Source: Candidatus Binatia bacterium
GTDB lineage: Bacteria > Desulfobacterota > Binatia > UBA9968 > CAXXLF01
DNA length: 64,000 nucleotides
Assembly: GCA_963664015.2 (NCBI GenBank)
Contig: CAXXLF010000002.1
Location: 416,001 to 480,000, forward strand
Reading direction: 5' to 3'
Under the pieces are notes generated by a model. That model was not told the origin of the DNA. It saw only the letters and a list, made by a program, of their open reading frames with translations, and did not search any database. Made by a program: the position numbers and the translations under genes. Below are positions 18,380 through 33,050 of the stretch, one piece after another. Every line of letters starts with the position of its first letter. The stretch's first letter is position 1.

Positions 18380-20173
18380 CTATACCTTCAAAGCCGCGAG
18401 AAACGCCTCCTGAGGCACCTCCACCTGACCCACCTGTTTCATTCGCCGTTTACCCTCCTTCTGTCTCTCTAGAAGCTTTCGTTTCCGAGTGATATCTCCA
18501 CCGTAACACTTGGCTGTCACGTTCTTCCTCAATGGCTTAACCACTTCACGAGCCACGATTCGGCTCCCGATGGCGGCTTGAATCACAACTTCGAACAACT
18601 GACGGGGGATCAACTCTCTCAATTTCTGAATCAGGTCTCGCCCTCGATAGTACGCCTTTTCTCGATGGATGATTAGGGACATTGCATCCACCACCTGTCC
18701 GTTGATTCGAACGTCCAACTTGACCAGATCCGCTGGCCGCATTCCGACTAGTTCGTAATCCATGGACGCGTATCCGTGGCTCAAGGATTTCAAACGATCG
18801 TAGAAATCATAAACGATCTCATTGAGCGGAAGCTCGTAGATCAGCATGACCCGTTTGGGACCCAGGTAGCGGATTTCTTTCTGAGCACCCCTCTTTTCCT
18901 CGCAAAGGCTCATGACGTTGCCTAGAAATTCCTGCGGTAAATGGATGGAGGCCTGGATGTAAGGCTCTTCAACCCGCTCGATCTCCATTTCCGCCGGGAG
19001 TTTAATGGGATTGTCAATCATCAGGGTCTCTCCTGTTCGAGTCACGATTTGATAGATAACCGTCGGAGCCGTGGTTATCAAATCGAGCCCGAATTCCCGC
19101 TCCAACCGCTCCCGAATAATATCCATGTGGAGCAGCCCGAGAAATCCGCATCGGAACCCGAATCCTAGGGCCTGGGAGGTCTCACCCTCGAACGTGAACG
19201 ACGAATCGTTCAAGCTCAGCTTTTCCAATGCCGCCCGCAAAGCCTGATACTGCCCCGAATCCGTCGGGTAGAGCCCACTGAAAACTACAGGCTTCATGGG
19301 TTTGAAACCGGGCAAGGGGTGTTGGGACGGCTGGTCCGCAAGAGTCACAGTATCACCCATTCGTGTGTCTTGGATCTCCTTAATCGCCGCCATCATGAAC
19401 CCAACCTCACCGGGCCCGAGCTCGAAAACTGCTACAGGGACCGGAGCAAATATACCCAGACCCGTGACCTCGAAGGTCTTATCGCTGGACATCATCCTGA
19501 TCCTGCTTCCCCGTTTCACGTGTCCGTCAAAGATCCGGATGAGGACAACCGCCCCATGATAGGGGTCAAACCAACTGTCAAAGATCAGGGCCCGCAAAGG
19601 GACCTCGGGATTTCCTTTTGACGGAGGAAAGCATTGAACGATTCCCTCAAGAATTTCCTCGGTGCCGATTCCCTCCTTGGCGCTGGCCAGGATCGCCTGA
19701 GAACCGTCCAGACCGATGATATCTTCGAGTTCCTGTCTCACCCGTTCCGGATCGGCGCTGGGCAGATCGATCTTGTTGATGACCGGTAGAATCGCCAGGT
19801 CGTGATCCAGAGCCAGATAGACATTTGCCACGGTCTGGGCCTCCACACCCTGGGCCGCGTCCACGACCAGGATCGCCCCCTCGCAGGCTGCCAAACTCCG
19901 CGATACCTCATAACTAAAGTCTACGTGTCCAGGGGTATCGATTAGATTTAATTTGTACTCCACGCCGTCCTTTGCCCTGTAACGGACGCACACCGGACTC
20001 GCCTTGATCGTGATTCCTCGCTCCCGCTCCAGATCCATACTGTCCAGTATCTGGTCCTTGCGCTTCCTATCGTTGGTCGCTCCCGTATATTCCAGCAAGC
20101 GATCGGCAAGGGTGGATTTGCCGTGATCGATATGGGCGATAAGGCAGAAATTCCTGATCAGGTCCGGATTCAT
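18380..20173 (-). CDS. lepA: Elongation factor 4
   Basis: [35 protein letters not shown]. Confidence 0.98.
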   Translation of the reverse strand: MNPDLIRNFCLIAHIDHGKSTLADRLLEYTGATNDRKRKDQILDSMDLERERGITIKASPVCVRYRAKDGVEYKLNLIDTPGHVDFSYEVSRSLAACEGAILVVDAAQGVEAQTVANVYLALDHDLAILPVINKIDLPSADPERVRQELEDIIGLDGSQAILASAKEGIGTEEILEGIVQCFPPSKGNPEVPLRALIFDSWFDPYHGAVVLIRIFDGHVKRGSRIRMMSSDKTFEVTGLGIFAPVPVAVFELGPGEVGFMMAAIKEIQDTRMGDTVTLADQPSQHPLPGFKPMKPVVFSGLYPTDSGQYQALRAALEKLSLNDSSFTFEGETSQALGFGFRCGFLGLLHMDIIRERLEREFGLDLITTAPTVIYQIVTRTGETLMIDNPIKLPAEMEIERVEEPYIQASIHLPQEFLGNVMSLCEEKRGAQKEIRYLGPKRVMLIYELPLNEIVYDFYDRLKSLSHGYASMDYELVGMRPADLVKLDVRINGQVVDAMSLIIHREKAYYRGRDLIQKLRELIPRQLFEVVIQAAIGSRIVAREVVKPLRKNVTAKCYGGDITRKRKLLERQKEGKRRMKQVGQVEVPQEAFLAALKV

Positions 20174-21096
20174 GCCGACGTCCTCTGACGATAGTAAGCA
20201 AGGGTATTTTCCAGTCCGGCCTCCAGGGGGGTACGCGGGACCCCCCCCAGCTTGCGTGCGGCGTGGGAGGAATCCAGGGAACTGCGCATTTGCTCGCCGA
20301 CCTTGGCGGGACCGTGAACGGCTGAGAGTTTGGAGCCCGTATTTTCTTTTAGGAGTGAAACCAGAGTCAAAACATCCGTCTCGCGGCCCGTACCTATATT
20401 GACCGGACCGCGCAGCTCGGTCTCCAGCGCCAGGATATTAGCTTCAACCAGGTCACCCACGTAAACATAATCCCGGGTTTGCTTACCATCGCCGTGAATC
20501 GTAGGCCCTTCGCCGCTGAGCAATTTTCCTATAAAGATCGCCACCACTCCCGCCTCTCCGGTAGACAGCTCCCTGGGTCCGTAGACCTTGCTGTACCGCA
20601 GGGCCACGTATGGAATCCCGTGGGTCTGCTCGTAGTAAGAGAGGTAATGCTCGCCAGCCAACTTGCTCACGCCGTAGGGACTTGTAGGCCGGGTCGCGTG
20701 ATCCTCGGTTGCGGGGACCCTTTCCTGTTCGCCGTAGATCGCACCCTCGGAGGAGCCAAAGATAACTCGATTGCCCCCTGCACCTTTGCTAGCCTCCAAC
20801 AGGTAGATCAATCCCAAGATGTTGATTTGGGCGTCGAATTGTCGATCCGCCACGGATCGCCGGACATCCATTTGAGCCGCATGGTGGCAAAAGACATCCG
20901 GCGAGATCTTTGAGAGAACCTCTGGGATCTTGGGATCCAGGATATCCAGAGGGTAGAAGGAAACTTTTTTGTTTAGGTTCCTCTCGCTTCCCGTAGAGCA
21001 ATTATCGATGACCCTGACCTCGTGTCCCCTTTCGATGTAGGCGTCGGCGATATGAGAGCCGATAAATCCGGCTCCACCAGTGACAACGATCTTCAT
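20170..21096 (-). CDS. NAD-dependent epimerase/dehydratase (UDP-glucose 4-epimerase-like)
   Basis: [27 protein letters not shown]. Confidence 0.88.
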   Translation of the reverse strand: MKIVVTGGAGFIGSHIADAYIERGHEVRVIDNCSTGSERNLNKKVSFYPLDILDPKIPEVLSKISPDVFCHHAAQMDVRRSVADRQFDAQINILGLIYLLEASKGAGGNRVIFGSSEGAIYGEQERVPATEDHATRPTSPYGVSKLAGEHYLSYYEQTHGIPYVALRYSKVYGPRELSTGEAGVVAIFIGKLLSGEGPTIHGDGKQTRDYVYVGDLVEANILALETELRGPVNIGTGRETDVLTLVSLLKENTGSKLSAVHGPAKVGEQMRSSLDSSHAARKLGGVPRTPLEAGLENTLAYYRQRTSA

Positions 21097-21101
21097 AACC
21101 C

Positions 21102-22040
21102 CTAGGCCCTCAGCCGATCCTGGAAATACTGGATGGTCTTTTTCAGCCCTGCATCCAGGGATACCCGGGGTTGCCATCCAAGGATCTCCTTTGCCTTGGA
21201 AATATCCGGTTGGCGGACCTGGGGATCGTCCTGGGGCAGGGGGCGATAGATAATGGAGCTTCTAGAGCCGGTGAGATCGAGGACCTTTTTCGCAAAATCC
21301 ACAACTGTCATCTCCTGAGGGTTTCCAATGTTGACTGGAAGGTGGTAATCGGACTGGAGCAGCTTGTGGAGCCCTTCCACGAGATCATCGATGTATTGAA
21401 AACTTCTCGTCTGCTGTCCCTTTCCGTATACCGTCAGATCTTCCCCCCTGAGAGCCTGAGTAATGAAATTTGGAACCACTCGTCCATCTTTCATCCTCAT
21501 CCTGGGACCGTAGGTGTTAAAGATTCGAACTATTCGTGTATCCAGTGAATGAAACTGGTGATAAGCCATGGTGATGGCCTCAGCAAACCGCTTGGCCTCG
21601 TCATAAACACCGCGCGGGCCGATAGGATTCACGTTACCCCAATAGTCTTCCCGCTGGGGCTTGACCAGGGGGTCCCCATATACCTCTGAGGTCGAAGCCA
21701 AAAGAAAAACGACTTTTTTGGATTTGGCTAGGCCCAGGGCGTTGTGGGTCCCCAGGGAGCCCACCTTAAGGGTCTGGATCGGCATTTCCAGATAGTCCTC
21801 GGGACTCGCAGGTGAAGCAAAATGGAGGACCAGATCGAGAGGCCCATCCACTTGGATGAACCGGGTCACATCCTGCTGGACAAAGGTGAAACGGGGATGG
21901 GAGGAGAATGGGGCAATATTTTCAGGGCTGCCGGTTGAGACATTGTCCATACAAACAACCTCATCCCCCTGCTCCAAAAAACTCTCACAGAGATGAGAGC
22001 CGATGAAACCCACGCCCCCGGTGATCAATACCCTAGCCAT
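21102..22040 (-). CDS. UDP-glucuronate decarboxylase (UDP-xylose synthase-like)
   Basis: [43 protein letters not shown]. Confidence 0.92.
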   Translation of the reverse strand: MARVLITGGVGFIGSHLCESFLEQGDEVVCMDNVSTGSPENIAPFSSHPRFTFVQQDVTRFIQVDGPLDLVLHFASPASPEDYLEMPIQTLKVGSLGTHNALGLAKSKKVVFLLASTSEVYGDPLVKPQREDYWGNVNPIGPRGVYDEAKRFAEAITMAYHQFHSLDTRIVRIFNTYGPRMRMKDGRVVPNFITQALRGEDLTVYGKGQQTRSFQYIDDLVEGLHKLLQSDYHLPVNIGNPQEMTVVDFAKKVLDLTGSRSSIIYRPLPQDDPQVRQPDISKAKEILGWQPRVSLDAGLKKTIQYFQDRLRA

Positions 22041-23337
22041 CACGTCTTCCAATACAATAATAGGCGAATCCCGTCTTCTTCATCTCCTCCGGGTCATAGA
22101 TATTGCGTCCGTCAAATATCACGGGTTTCTTGAGCAGTTCCTTGATACGTTGAAAATTCGGGCGACGGAATTCGTTCCACTCGGTAATGATGATAAGGGC
22201 ATCGGCCCCTTTCAAAGCATCGTAGTTCCGTTTGGCATTCTGAATACGATTACCAAAAATCCTTTTCGCCGCCTGGCCCGCCTCGGGATCGTAGGCCTGG
22301 ACTCGAGCCCCGGCCTTGAGGAGGGCCTCGATGACCACAATAGAGGGAGCTTCCCGCATATCGTCGGTTCGTGGTTTGAAGGACAGTCCCCATACGCCAA
22401 AGGTAAGGCCCGTGAGCTTAGGACCGAAATGGCTCTGGATTTTCTCTACCAGCAAGCGTTTCTGCTCTTCGTTAACCTGTTCGACGGCACGAAGCAAAGG
22501 CATCTTCAATGCCGGGTTTCCCATGCTGATCATCGCACGGATATCTTTGGGAAAACACGACCCCCCATAGCCAACGCCGGGAAAGATGAAATGAGGACCA
22601 ATGCGCTGGTCCAGTCCAAGGACACGGCGCACCTGGTTGATATCGGCTCCGACATTTTCGCATAGGATCGATACTTCGTTGATAAAAGAGATCTTGGTCG
22701 CAAGCATGGCATTGGAGCCGTATTTGCTCATCTCGGCACTGCGGGCGTCCATAACAAGAATCGGATTGCCGGTACGCACGAAGGGTTCGTAGATTCCCTG
22801 AACGATTTCCAAGGCTTCTGGATCATCTCCGCCCAGAACCACACGATCGGGCTTCATAAAATCGTCAACTGCTGCCCCCTCTTTGAGAAACTCGGGGTTG
22901 GAAACGACGGCGAGCGGATGCAAGGTCTCGGCCCTCATAAGGGCCGCAACCTGTTCCGCCGTGCCCACCGGAACCGTGCTCTTGTTCACAATCACCTTTT
23001 TCTCGGTCATGCCCCGAGCCACGGCCTTGGCCGTGGCCAGTACCTGATCGATCTGCGGGCTCCCATCTGGTCCCTGCGGAGTTCCCACGGCAATGAAAAT
23101 CAACTGGGACCCAGCCACCGCGGCCTTGAGGTCAAGTGTAAAGGAAAGCCTCTGCTCATCGATGTTCCTTTTTACCAACTCGCCGAGCCCTGGTTCATAA
23201 AAAGGGACCGATCCCTTTTTCAACGAGGCAATCTTCTTTTCATCGACATCGACGCAAACCACATCGTTCCCGCTCTCCGCAAAGCAGGTTCCTGCCACCA
23301 ACCCCACGTACCCGGTTCCGATCACGGCCAAGTTCAT
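22033..23337 (-). CDS. ugd: UDP-glucose 6-dehydrogenase
   Basis: [26 protein letters not shown]. Confidence 0.95.
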   Translation of the reverse strand: MNLAVIGTGYVGLVAGTCFAESGNDVVCVDVDEKKIASLKKGSVPFYEPGLGELVKRNIDEQRLSFTLDLKAAVAGSQLIFIAVGTPQGPDGSPQIDQVLATAKAVARGMTEKKVIVNKSTVPVGTAEQVAALMRAETLHPLAVVSNPEFLKEGAAVDDFMKPDRVVLGGDDPEALEIVQGIYEPFVRTGNPILVMDARSAEMSKYGSNAMLATKISFINEVSILCENVGADINQVRRVLGLDQRIGPHFIFPGVGYGGSCFPKDIRAMISMGNPALKMPLLRAVEQVNEEQKRLLVEKIQSHFGPKLTGLTFGVWGLSFKPRTDDMREAPSIVVIEALLKAGARVQAYDPEAGQAAKRIFGNRIQNAKRNYDALKGADALIIITEWNEFRRPNFQRIKELLKKPVIFDGRNIYDPEEMKKTGFAYYCIGRRDG

Positions 23338-24296
23338 GAGAATTTCCCCTCATCTGCCCGATCCAGGATCTCCCGGATGGCAAAGATCGGCCGGTCTTGA
23401 GATTCGTAATAGGTTCGGGCCAGCATCTCCCCCAGCAGCCCCATGGTAATGAATTGGAAGCCAATCATCATCAGCAGGACGGCAAGCAGCAGTAAGGGTC
23501 GTCCCCCAATTTCGACCCCGTAAAGGAGCTTCTGCAACGTCAAAGACAAGGCAATGAAGAATCCCGCTCCCCCGCTCAATAGACCCATGAGACCGAAAAT
23601 GTGCAATGGCCGTGTTCCATAGCTCATAAGAAACTTCACCGTCATGAGATCGAGAATCACTCGAAAGGTCCGCACCAGGTTGTACTTTGACTTTCCCCGC
23701 TCCCGCGCACGGTGATTGACCTTGATCTCAGCCACGCGGGCGCCTCGCTCATAGGCGATGGCAGGGATAAATCGGTGCATCTCTCCGTAGAGTCTGATGT
23801 CCTTGGCCAGATCACGTCGCAATGCCTTGAGTGTGCAACCATAATCATGCAGCTTTACTCGGGTCATCCACGAGATCAGCCAATTGGCCAAATAGGATGG
23901 GATCCGCCGAGTCAAAAGCGGATCGCGACGTGGCAAGCGCCATCCGTTGACCAGATCGAACCCTGCGTCAATTTTTTCCAGGAGAGCGGGGATGTCCTTG
24001 GGATCGTTCTGCCCGTCTCCATCCATGAAGACAAGGATTCTACCCTTGGCATGGGAGATCCCCGCCGCCATAGCGGCCGTTTGTCCGAAGTTTCGCCGCA
24101 ACCCTAAAACCTTGACTCGAGAATCCTGCCGGTGGAGCTCCGAAAGGGCTGCGAAGGTCCCGTCGGTGCTCCCATCGTCAACGAAGACAATCTCGACTTC
24201 CTTCTCAAGGGATCCGATAATCGAGATAATCTCTCGGCTCACCGGTGCGACGTTTTCCTCCTCGTTATAAACGGGGACCACTATGGATAGGTCCAT
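23334..24296 (-). CDS. Family 2 glycosyltransferase (polyprenol-phosphate, ArnC/GtrB-like)
   Basis: VPVYNEE, VDDGSTD, RNFGQTAA, DGDGQND; two C-terminal TM helices. Confidence 0.9.
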   Translation of the reverse strand: MDLSIVVPVYNEEENVAPVSREIISIIGSLEKEVEIVFVDDGSTDGTFAALSELHRQDSRVKVLGLRRNFGQTAAMAAGISHAKGRILVFMDGDGQNDPKDIPALLEKIDAGFDLVNGWRLPRRDPLLTRRIPSYLANWLISWMTRVKLHDYGCTLKALRRDLAKDIRLYGEMHRFIPAIAYERGARVAEIKVNHRARERGKSKYNLVRTFRVILDLMTVKFLMSYGTRPLHIFGLMGLLSGGAGFFIALSLTLQKLLYGVEIGGRPLLLLAVLLMMIGFQFITMGLLGEMLARTYYESQDRPIFAIREILDRADEGKFS

Positions 24297-24434
24297 CACA
24301 TCCAGTCCATTCCTCTTAGGTTTTATCCAAGAAGTCAGCGGTCGTACCTTCCGGGGGCACACCGGCCTAAGACTTCTAGTATACATAAGATTTGCCAGGA
24401 TCGCATAGAGAATACGGATCCAGCGAATGGGAAA

Positions 24435-25340
24435 TCAGGTATGAAAGTCTGTCAGTTCGAGAAAGCGGTGGTATCGCTCCTCGATCTGCTCGAGGGTGAG
24501 TGCCACCATTCTTTCCATGCCAAAGGCCTCAACATTGAAGGAAGCGGCCACGCTTCCATAAGCAATGGCTCGGCGCAGCCCTCGCTCGCTGTGATCGCCG
24601 GTTCGGGCAAGATAGCCCATAAACCCGCCGGCGAAGGAGTCGCCCGCGCCTGTCGGGTCGCAGACCTCCTCAAGAGGATAGGCGGGAGTAGCAAAGAGGG
24701 ACGAATCGGAGAATTGGAGCACTCCGTATTCACCTCTCTTTATCAGCAGCACCTTGGGACCCATCTTAAGTATAGAGCGGGCAGCCCGAACTACGTTATG
24801 CTCGCCGGAAAGGAGTTTAGCCTCCGAATCGTTGATGACCAGTATCTCAACTCGCTGCAGCACCTTCCTGAGTTCCGGGAGGCTCTCTTGAATCCAGTGA
24901 TCCATAGTATCGCAGGCCACCAGGCGGGTGTTTTTCAACTGGTTCAAGACCTCCATCTGCATGGTGGGGTCGATGTTGCCAAGAAAGACGTATTGGGTAT
25001 CCTTGTAGGTTTCGGGCAGACGGGGAACGAATCCGGAAAGCACATTAAGGTGAAGTTCCAATGTGTCGCGTACATTCAAGTCCTCGTGATATCGGCCGCG
25101 CCAGTGAAAGGTTTCCCCCTTCTCGGTCTTTAGCCCCTGGAGATCGATCCCCTTTTGGGTAAGGAGCTCCACGTACTCAGTAGGGAAATCCTCACCAATC
25201 ACACCGACAATTTGCACCGGGTTGAAAGAGCTTGCGGTCATGGCAAAATAAGCCGCCGATCCGCCCAGGATCCTTTCCGCAGAACCGAATGGGGTCTCGA
25301 TAGAATCAAAAGCAACCGTACCGACAACAAGAACACTCAT
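24435..25340 (-). CDS. PfkB-family carbohydrate/nucleoside kinase
   Basis: GGSA and DPTGAGDSFAGG signature. Confidence 0.92.
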   Translation of the reverse strand: MSVLVVGTVAFDSIETPFGSAERILGGSAAYFAMTASSFNPVQIVGVIGEDFPTEYVELLTQKGIDLQGLKTEKGETFHWRGRYHEDLNVRDTLELHLNVLSGFVPRLPETYKDTQYVFLGNIDPTMQMEVLNQLKNTRLVACDTMDHWIQESLPELRKVLQRVEILVINDSEAKLLSGEHNVVRAARSILKMGPKVLLIKRGEYGVLQFSDSSLFATPAYPLEEVCDPTGAGDSFAGGFMGYLARTGDHSERGLRRAIAYGSVAASFNVEAFGMERMVALTLEQIEERYHRFLELTDFHT

Positions 25341-25377
25341 AATTTAGCCTCTTAACAAATGGGTCTTCCGTAAATTC

Positions 25378-26238
25378 TTAAACATACTTATCAATAAGCA
25401 ACCCCAAGTCCTTACGGGTCTTCTTGGGGATCCGACGACCCTCGGTCAGAATGGCGTCCTGCAAGGAGGTGGCGCATGGGCAGGAACGGGTCTCTGGAAA
25501 ATAACCTATAGCCCGAGCAATGATCTGTTGCGCCAGCCGCGCGTTCTTTTGTAGAACCCTGATGACTTCTTCGATCTCCACATCTCCGGCGGACTCATTC
25601 CAGCAGTCATAATCGGTGGCCAGGGCTATGGTCACGAAACAGATCTCCGCTTCGCGTGCCAGTTTAGCCTCCTGCAGATTGGTCATACCGATCACGTGGG
25701 CACCCCAGCTTCGATAGAGATGGGATTCGGCACGGGTGGAGAACTGGGGTCCCTCCATGCATACGTAGGTTCCTTTGGGATGAATCTGTGCCCCTTCTTC
25801 TTCACCGGCACGGATAACTGCCTTTCGCAGCTCCCCGCACACAGGGTCAGCAAAGGCCACATGAGCCACTAACCCTCTCCCAAAAAAGGTGCTGGGTCGC
25901 TGGCTGGTACGGTCGATGAATTGATCGGGAATAACGATATGTCCGGGGGCGATCTCTTCACGCAAACTGCCAACACTTCCAATGGCTATGATTTGCTCAA
26001 CACCGAGTTTTTTCATACCAAAAATGTTTGCGCGAAAATTTAGCTCGGTTGGCAGAATCCGATGTCCCTTGCCGTGACGCAGGAGAAAAACCAAATCAGT
26101 TCCCCCGATGGTTCCCCTGATGAAAGAGTCGGAAGGCCTTCCAAAGGGGGTCGTTACCCTGACCTCCCTCACCTTCTTCAAACCCTCCATCTGGTATAGT
26201 CCTGTCCCCCCAATAATCCCGACCATCCGCTTTCCCAT
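25378..26238 (-). CDS. mtnP: S-methyl-5'-thioadenosine phosphorylase
   Basis: GIIGGTG, MEGPQFSTRAES, GMTN, TDYDCW. Confidence 0.93.
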   Translation of the reverse strand: MGKRMVGIIGGTGLYQMEGLKKVREVRVTTPFGRPSDSFIRGTIGGTDLVFLLRHGKGHRILPTELNFRANIFGMKKLGVEQIIAIGSVGSLREEIAPGHIVIPDQFIDRTSQRPSTFFGRGLVAHVAFADPVCGELRKAVIRAGEEEGAQIHPKGTYVCMEGPQFSTRAESHLYRSWGAHVIGMTNLQEAKLAREAEICFVTIALATDYDCWNESAGDVEIEEVIRVLQKNARLAQQIIARAIGYFPETRSCPCATSLQDAILTEGRRIPKKTRKDLGLLIDKYV

Positions 26239-26354
26239 GGCTATCTACTTTCTCAGTACAGTGGACTGGTGCCGCCTGGGAGCACCCACAGTCGGTTCCC
26301 AGTCCATCTCCATAGGGATGATTACCAAACTGGGTCTTCCAGTGAATCTTGAAG

Positions 26355-26777
26355 TTAACCGCAAAGGTCTTTCGGTTCGAAGAAGAAGGCAATCTCCTGA
26401 GCGGCCGTTTCCGGTCCGTCGGAACCATGAACCGAATTCTTCTCTATGTCCACGCCCCATTGATGACGAATTGTCCCTTCAGCCGCCTTGGCGGGGTCTG
26501 TAGCGCCCATGATTTCTCGATTCTTAGAAATCGCACCCTCACCTTCCAACACGGACACGAAAACGGCTCCCGAGGACATGTAATCGGTGAGACTTGAAAA
26601 AAAAGGCCGTTCCTTATGGACTGCATAGAACCCTTCAGCCCGTTCCTTGCTCAATCGAATCAATCGGCCAGCGACGATCTTCAGACCCGCTGCTTCGAAC
26701 TTCCGTAGTATCTCCCCGATGAGATCTCGGGCAACGGCCTCCGGTTTGATGATAGAGAGAGTTCTCTCGATAGCCAC
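26355..26777 (-). CDS. ndk: Nucleoside diphosphate kinase
   Basis: [16 protein letters not shown]. Confidence 0.97.
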   Translation of the reverse strand: MAIERTLSIIKPEAVARDLIGEILRKFEAAGLKIVAGRLIRLSKERAEGFYAVHKERPFFSSLTDYMSSGAVFVSVLEGEGAISKNREIMGATDPAKAAEGTIRHQWGVDIEKNSVHGSDGPETAAQEIAFFFEPKDLCG

Positions 26778-26778
26778 T

Positions 26779-27648
26779 TTACTTCATCACCTCCTGTACA
26801 GTCTGACCGATGAGTGCGAGCGACGGTGCCAGACGGACACCGGCCCTCTGCAAGGCTTCCATTTTATCCTGCGCCGTGCCTTTTCCCCCTGCAATGATTG
26901 CGCCCGCATGTCCCATGCGCTTTCCCGAGGGAGCTGTCTGGCCCACAATAAAACCAACAACCGGCTTTTTCATGTTCTGTTCGATCCACAGCGCCGCTTC
27001 CTCCTCCGAACTCCCCCCGATCTCCCCAATCATGACCACCCCTTGGGTATCTGCATCCCCATTGAACAACTTCAGCACGTCAATGAAGCCTATACCCCGA
27101 ACCGGATCGCCACCGATACCGATACAGGTGGATTGTCCCATTCCCAAGCGAGTCAGCTGGTCTACGGCTTCATAAGTAAGCGTTCCACTGCGCGAGACCA
27201 CACCGATAGACCCAGGCTTATGAATATGCCCTGGCATAATTCCAATCTTGCACTGACCCGGCGTAATAGCTCCAGGACAATTGGGACCGAGGAACCGAGT
27301 GCTCTTACCGTGCAGGACCCGCTTGACCCGCACCATGTCAATTACGGGAATTCCCTCTGTGATACAGATGACAAGCTCCACGCCCGCGGCCACCGCTTCC
27401 ATAATGGCATCAGCGGCAAAGGCTGGGGGCACATAAATCACACTCGTGTTGGCCCCCGTAGCGGTCACTGCATCTTCGACCGTATCGAAGATAGGAATCC
27501 CTTCGAAGGAGCCTCCACCCTTACCCGGGGTGACCCCGGCAACCATCTGGGTCCCGTACTCTTTACAGGCCCGCGTATGGAATTGGCCCGTAGATCCCGT
27601 GATGCCCTGGGTCAGGACCCGTGTATTTTTGTCGACTAGAACTGACAT
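26779..27648 (-). CDS. sucD: Succinyl-CoA synthetase alpha subunit
   Basis: [22 protein letters not shown]. Confidence 0.97.
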   Translation of the reverse strand: MSVLVDKNTRVLTQGITGSTGQFHTRACKEYGTQMVAGVTPGKGGGSFEGIPIFDTVEDAVTATGANTSVIYVPPAFAADAIMEAVAAGVELVICITEGIPVIDMVRVKRVLHGKSTRFLGPNCPGAITPGQCKIGIMPGHIHKPGSIGVVSRSGTLTYEAVDQLTRLGMGQSTCIGIGGDPVRGIGFIDVLKLFNGDADTQGVVMIGEIGGSSEEEAALWIEQNMKKPVVGFIVGQTAPSGKRMGHAGAIIAGGKGTAQDKMEALQRAGVRLAPSLALIGQTVQEVMK

Positions 27649-27664
27649 AACTTTTTTATCGCCT

Positions 27665-28864
27665 TCAGGTCCGCTGCGCAGAACGCACATACGCCCTGGA
27701 CCCTGATTCCCTGGCCGCCTTCACGATTCTTTCCGCCGCCTCGGTCATGGTATCAGCCGAAATGATCGATAGGCTCGATTCAGCGAATATCTGTTTGCCC
27801 CGCTCTACGTTGGTCCCTTGCAGCCGAACCACCAGGGGGATCTTGACGCCGATTTCGGTGGCTGCCTGTACGATACCCTCGGCGATAATGTCGCATTTCA
27901 TAATTCCACCAAAGATGTTGACCAGGACCCCCTGGACCCTTTCATCGGCGAGAATGATTCTGAAAGCCTGTGCCACCCGTTCCTTGTCCGCTCCTCCACC
28001 GACATCCAGGAAGTTAGCCGGTTCACCTCCGAAGAGTTTGATAATATCCATGGTCGCCATCGCTAAACCGGCACCGTTAACCATGCAACCAATGTTACCG
28101 TTCAAAGAGATGTAAGACAGGCTGTACTTGGACGCTTCGAGTTCCTTAGCGTCCTCCTCATCGGCATCTCTCAAGGCGGCAATCTGCGGCTGCCGCGGGA
28201 GGGCATTATCGTCGAAATTCATCTTTGCATCGAGAGCCAAAAGTCGGCCGTCACCCGTGATGACTAACGGGTTAATCTCCAACAGTGAGCAATCACAATC
28301 CATGTACGCCTTGACCAGTCCCTGCAGCATGGGGCCAAGCAATTTGATTTTATCCGCGGAGAGGCCCAGGCGGTATCCCAGGCGTCTAATTTGGTAAGGG
28401 AACAGGCCGACGGCCGGATCGATGGCTTCACGAATGATCTTTTCAGGGCTCTTCTTGGCAACCTCCTCGATCTCAACCCCTCCCTCGGCGCACGCAACCA
28501 CAGACGGGCGGGACAACGAAGTGTCTAAGGCAACTCCTAGATAGAGCTCCGAGACGATATCGCATCCCTGCTCTACCAACACCCGCTTGACCACTTTCCC
28601 CTCAGGCCCAGTCTGGTGTGTGACCAGATTCATTCCGATCATCTTACCGGCCAGTTCCTTCGCCTCGACCGCACTCTTTGCCAGTTTGACCCCGCCTCCT
28701 TTGCCTCTACCACCGGCATGGATCTGGGCCTTGACCACACAGGGACTTCCCAGTTCCTCCGCCGCGATGAAGGCCTCATCCGGTGTCGTAGCCATCCTTC
28801 CCTTGGGGACTGGCACACCGAAGCGGGCAAGAATCTCCTTTGCCTGAAATTCGTGGATATTCAT
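27665..28864 (-). CDS. sucC: Succinyl-CoA synthetase beta subunit
   Basis: [31 protein letters not shown]. Confidence 0.97.
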   Translation of the reverse strand: MNIHEFQAKEILARFGVPVPKGRMATTPDEAFIAAEELGSPCVVKAQIHAGGRGKGGGVKLAKSAVEAKELAGKMIGMNLVTHQTGPEGKVVKRVLVEQGCDIVSELYLGVALDTSLSRPSVVACAEGGVEIEEVAKKSPEKIIREAIDPAVGLFPYQIRRLGYRLGLSADKIKLLGPMLQGLVKAYMDCDCSLLEINPLVITGDGRLLALDAKMNFDDNALPRQPQIAALRDADEEDAKELEASKYSLSYISLNGNIGCMVNGAGLAMATMDIIKLFGGEPANFLDVGGGADKERVAQAFRIILADERVQGVLVNIFGGIMKCDIIAEGIVQAATEIGVKIPLVVRLQGTNVERGKQIFAESSLSIISADTMTEAAERIVKAARESGSRAYVRSAQRT

Positions 28865-28875
28865 AATTTGATGGG

Positions 28876-31180
<2,305 letters not shown>

Positions 31181-31666
31181 AGCGTCCTTTTTTTTTAAAA
31201 CCGAATTACCTCGGGCAATAAAAAAGACCAAGGAATCCAATTTAGGCGGCATTGTTGCTAAAGATGAAAAGCCGCCGCTTCTCGTTTCCCGTATTAGGTT
31301 GAGCCCTTCATCGGTAGGATCTTAGGCTACATTGTGAGAAAAAAACCAAACCCGTTGGGTTTACAGCGCTTTTATTATCCGATTTAGAGATTCGTGTCAA
31401 CCCCGGAGCAGGACTGGAGCACAAACAATGGGCCTCAAAAAACCCTCGATACGACATTGTATCAAAGTAATGGCCACACCCTTTATAACCCCGTTTCTCT
31501 CCTATTGGGCTTGAATCCACTCCAGCCAAGGATTATATTCAAAGGAATTTGAATTTTGCTTCTATGATTAGAAGCTTCAGCGTTACGTTCGGCGAGGCTG
31601 CATGAGGCGTAGATTCAATCGTTTTTACAACCGAAGCAATTTCAAATCGGGGCTAAGGAGTCAATT

Positions 31667-32371
31667 TTGGGCGTCGTCTTGCGTCGGGTATCCAAATCCT
31701 ACGGCTTCTTTTGGGCCTTAAGAGAGATTGATCTTACCTTTAATAAAGGCGACTGCGTGGCGCTGCTTGGCCCCAACGGAGCAGGAAAAACCACGTTGCT
31801 CAAACTCCTCTCGGCCCTGCTCTACCCCACATCCGGTGAGATAGAGGTCGATGGACAGACGTTGAAACAAGGGAACCTTCAAGCCCGCTCGACGGTCGGC
31901 CTTCTTTCTCCCGACGGACAGATTTACGACAAGCTAACTGCCAAGGAAAACCTTCAGTTCTTTACCGCCTTGTCGGGAAACAATTTCAGCCCGAGAGACC
32001 TCGACCATGCCCTGGGACAAGTGGGCCTTTCATCTTGGTCCGACGCCTACGGATCATCGTTATCCCACGGCATGAAGTGTCGGCTTGCCATAGCCAAATG
32101 GAGCCTCATTGAGCCGAGCCTGCTCCTTCTGGACGAGCCCTACGGAGTTCTGGATGGTTCCGGTGTGGATCTTTTAGAGAGTTTTCTCAAGCGCCTTTGC
32201 CAAAAAGGAGCTATCGTTGTGATGGCCACCCATAACGTTCAAAGGGTTCTAGCTCTCTGCACTAGGGCCCTGATCTTAAATGGCGGGAAGGTTATCTTCG
32301 ATGAACCCCGGCAGGAACCGTGGAAGAGTTTTCATGCGGCCTTTGCCGACTTTCTACCCAGTGAAGAATAA
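31667..32371 (+). CDS. ccmA: Heme exporter ATPase
   Basis: GPNGAGKTT, LSHGMK, LLDEP; first gene of the ccm operon. Confidence 0.88.
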   Translation: MGVVLRRVSKSYGFFWALREIDLTFNKGDCVALLGPNGAGKTTLLKLLSALLYPTSGEIEVDGQTLKQGNLQARSTVGLLSPDGQIYDKLTAKENLQFFTALSGNNFSPRDLDHALGQVGLSSWSDAYGSSLSHGMKCRLAIAKWSLIEPSLLLLDEPYGVLDGSGVDLLESFLKRLCQKGAIVVMATHNVQRVLALCTRALILNGGKVIFDEPRQEPWKSFHAAFADFLPSEE

Positions 32372-33048
32372 TGAACATACTGCGACAGACCTACTGGCTA
32401 CTGTGGAAAGATGTACTACTGGAAATCCGGCGCCGGGAAAGTCTGTTGTCGATGTTTTTCTTTGGCACGATTCTGCTTTTTCTCTTCCACTTTTCCTTTG
32501 AGATCCCCCGCGACAAAACCGCCGCAATGGCACCGGGACTACTCTGGCTCGCCTTCATCTTTACCGGCACCCTAGCACTGACCCAGCTCTTTCAAGACGA
32601 AAAGGAAAGCCAGTGTCTCGATGCACTTCTTTTATGCCCTATGGACCGAGGGGCTCTCTATCTGGCCAAGGTCCTATTCAATTTTCTCATAATGATGCTC
32701 GTCGAGCTGGTGATCTTTCCCCTGTTTGGCATCCTGTTCAATCTCGATCTTTGGAACTTATTACCATCATTGTTCGGAGTCGCACTGCTTGGCACCCTTG
32801 GTTTCTGCGTCCTGGGAACCCTTTTTTCGGCCCTTACCTTAAGGGCCCGAGCAAAGGAACTTTTACTGCCTCTCATTCTTTTTCCCCTTATGATCCCCTC
32901 AATCTTGGGGGCCATAAGGGCCATGCAGATTATCTTCGGGGCCGGAAATTCCGAGGAGCTGTTTCAATGGATCCGCATGCTGATTGTCTTTGATGTGATA
33001 TTTATGACCGTCGGGTTTCTTATTTTCGAATGGGTAATCGAGGAGTAG
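32371..33048 (+). CDS. ccmB: Heme exporter permease
   Basis: PGLLWLAF, ELLLPLILFPL; multiple TM segments. Confidence 0.92.
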   Translation: MNILRQTYWLLWKDVLLEIRRRESLLSMFFFGTILLFLFHFSFEIPRDKTAAMAPGLLWLAFIFTGTLALTQLFQDEKESQCLDALLLCPMDRGALYLAKVLFNFLIMMLVELVIFPLFGILFNLDLWNLLPSLFGVALLGTLGFCVLGTLFSALTLRARAKELLLPLILFPLMIPSILGAIRAMQIIFGAGNSEELFQWIRMLIVFDVIFMTVGFLIFEWVIEE

Positions 33049-33050
33049 AT

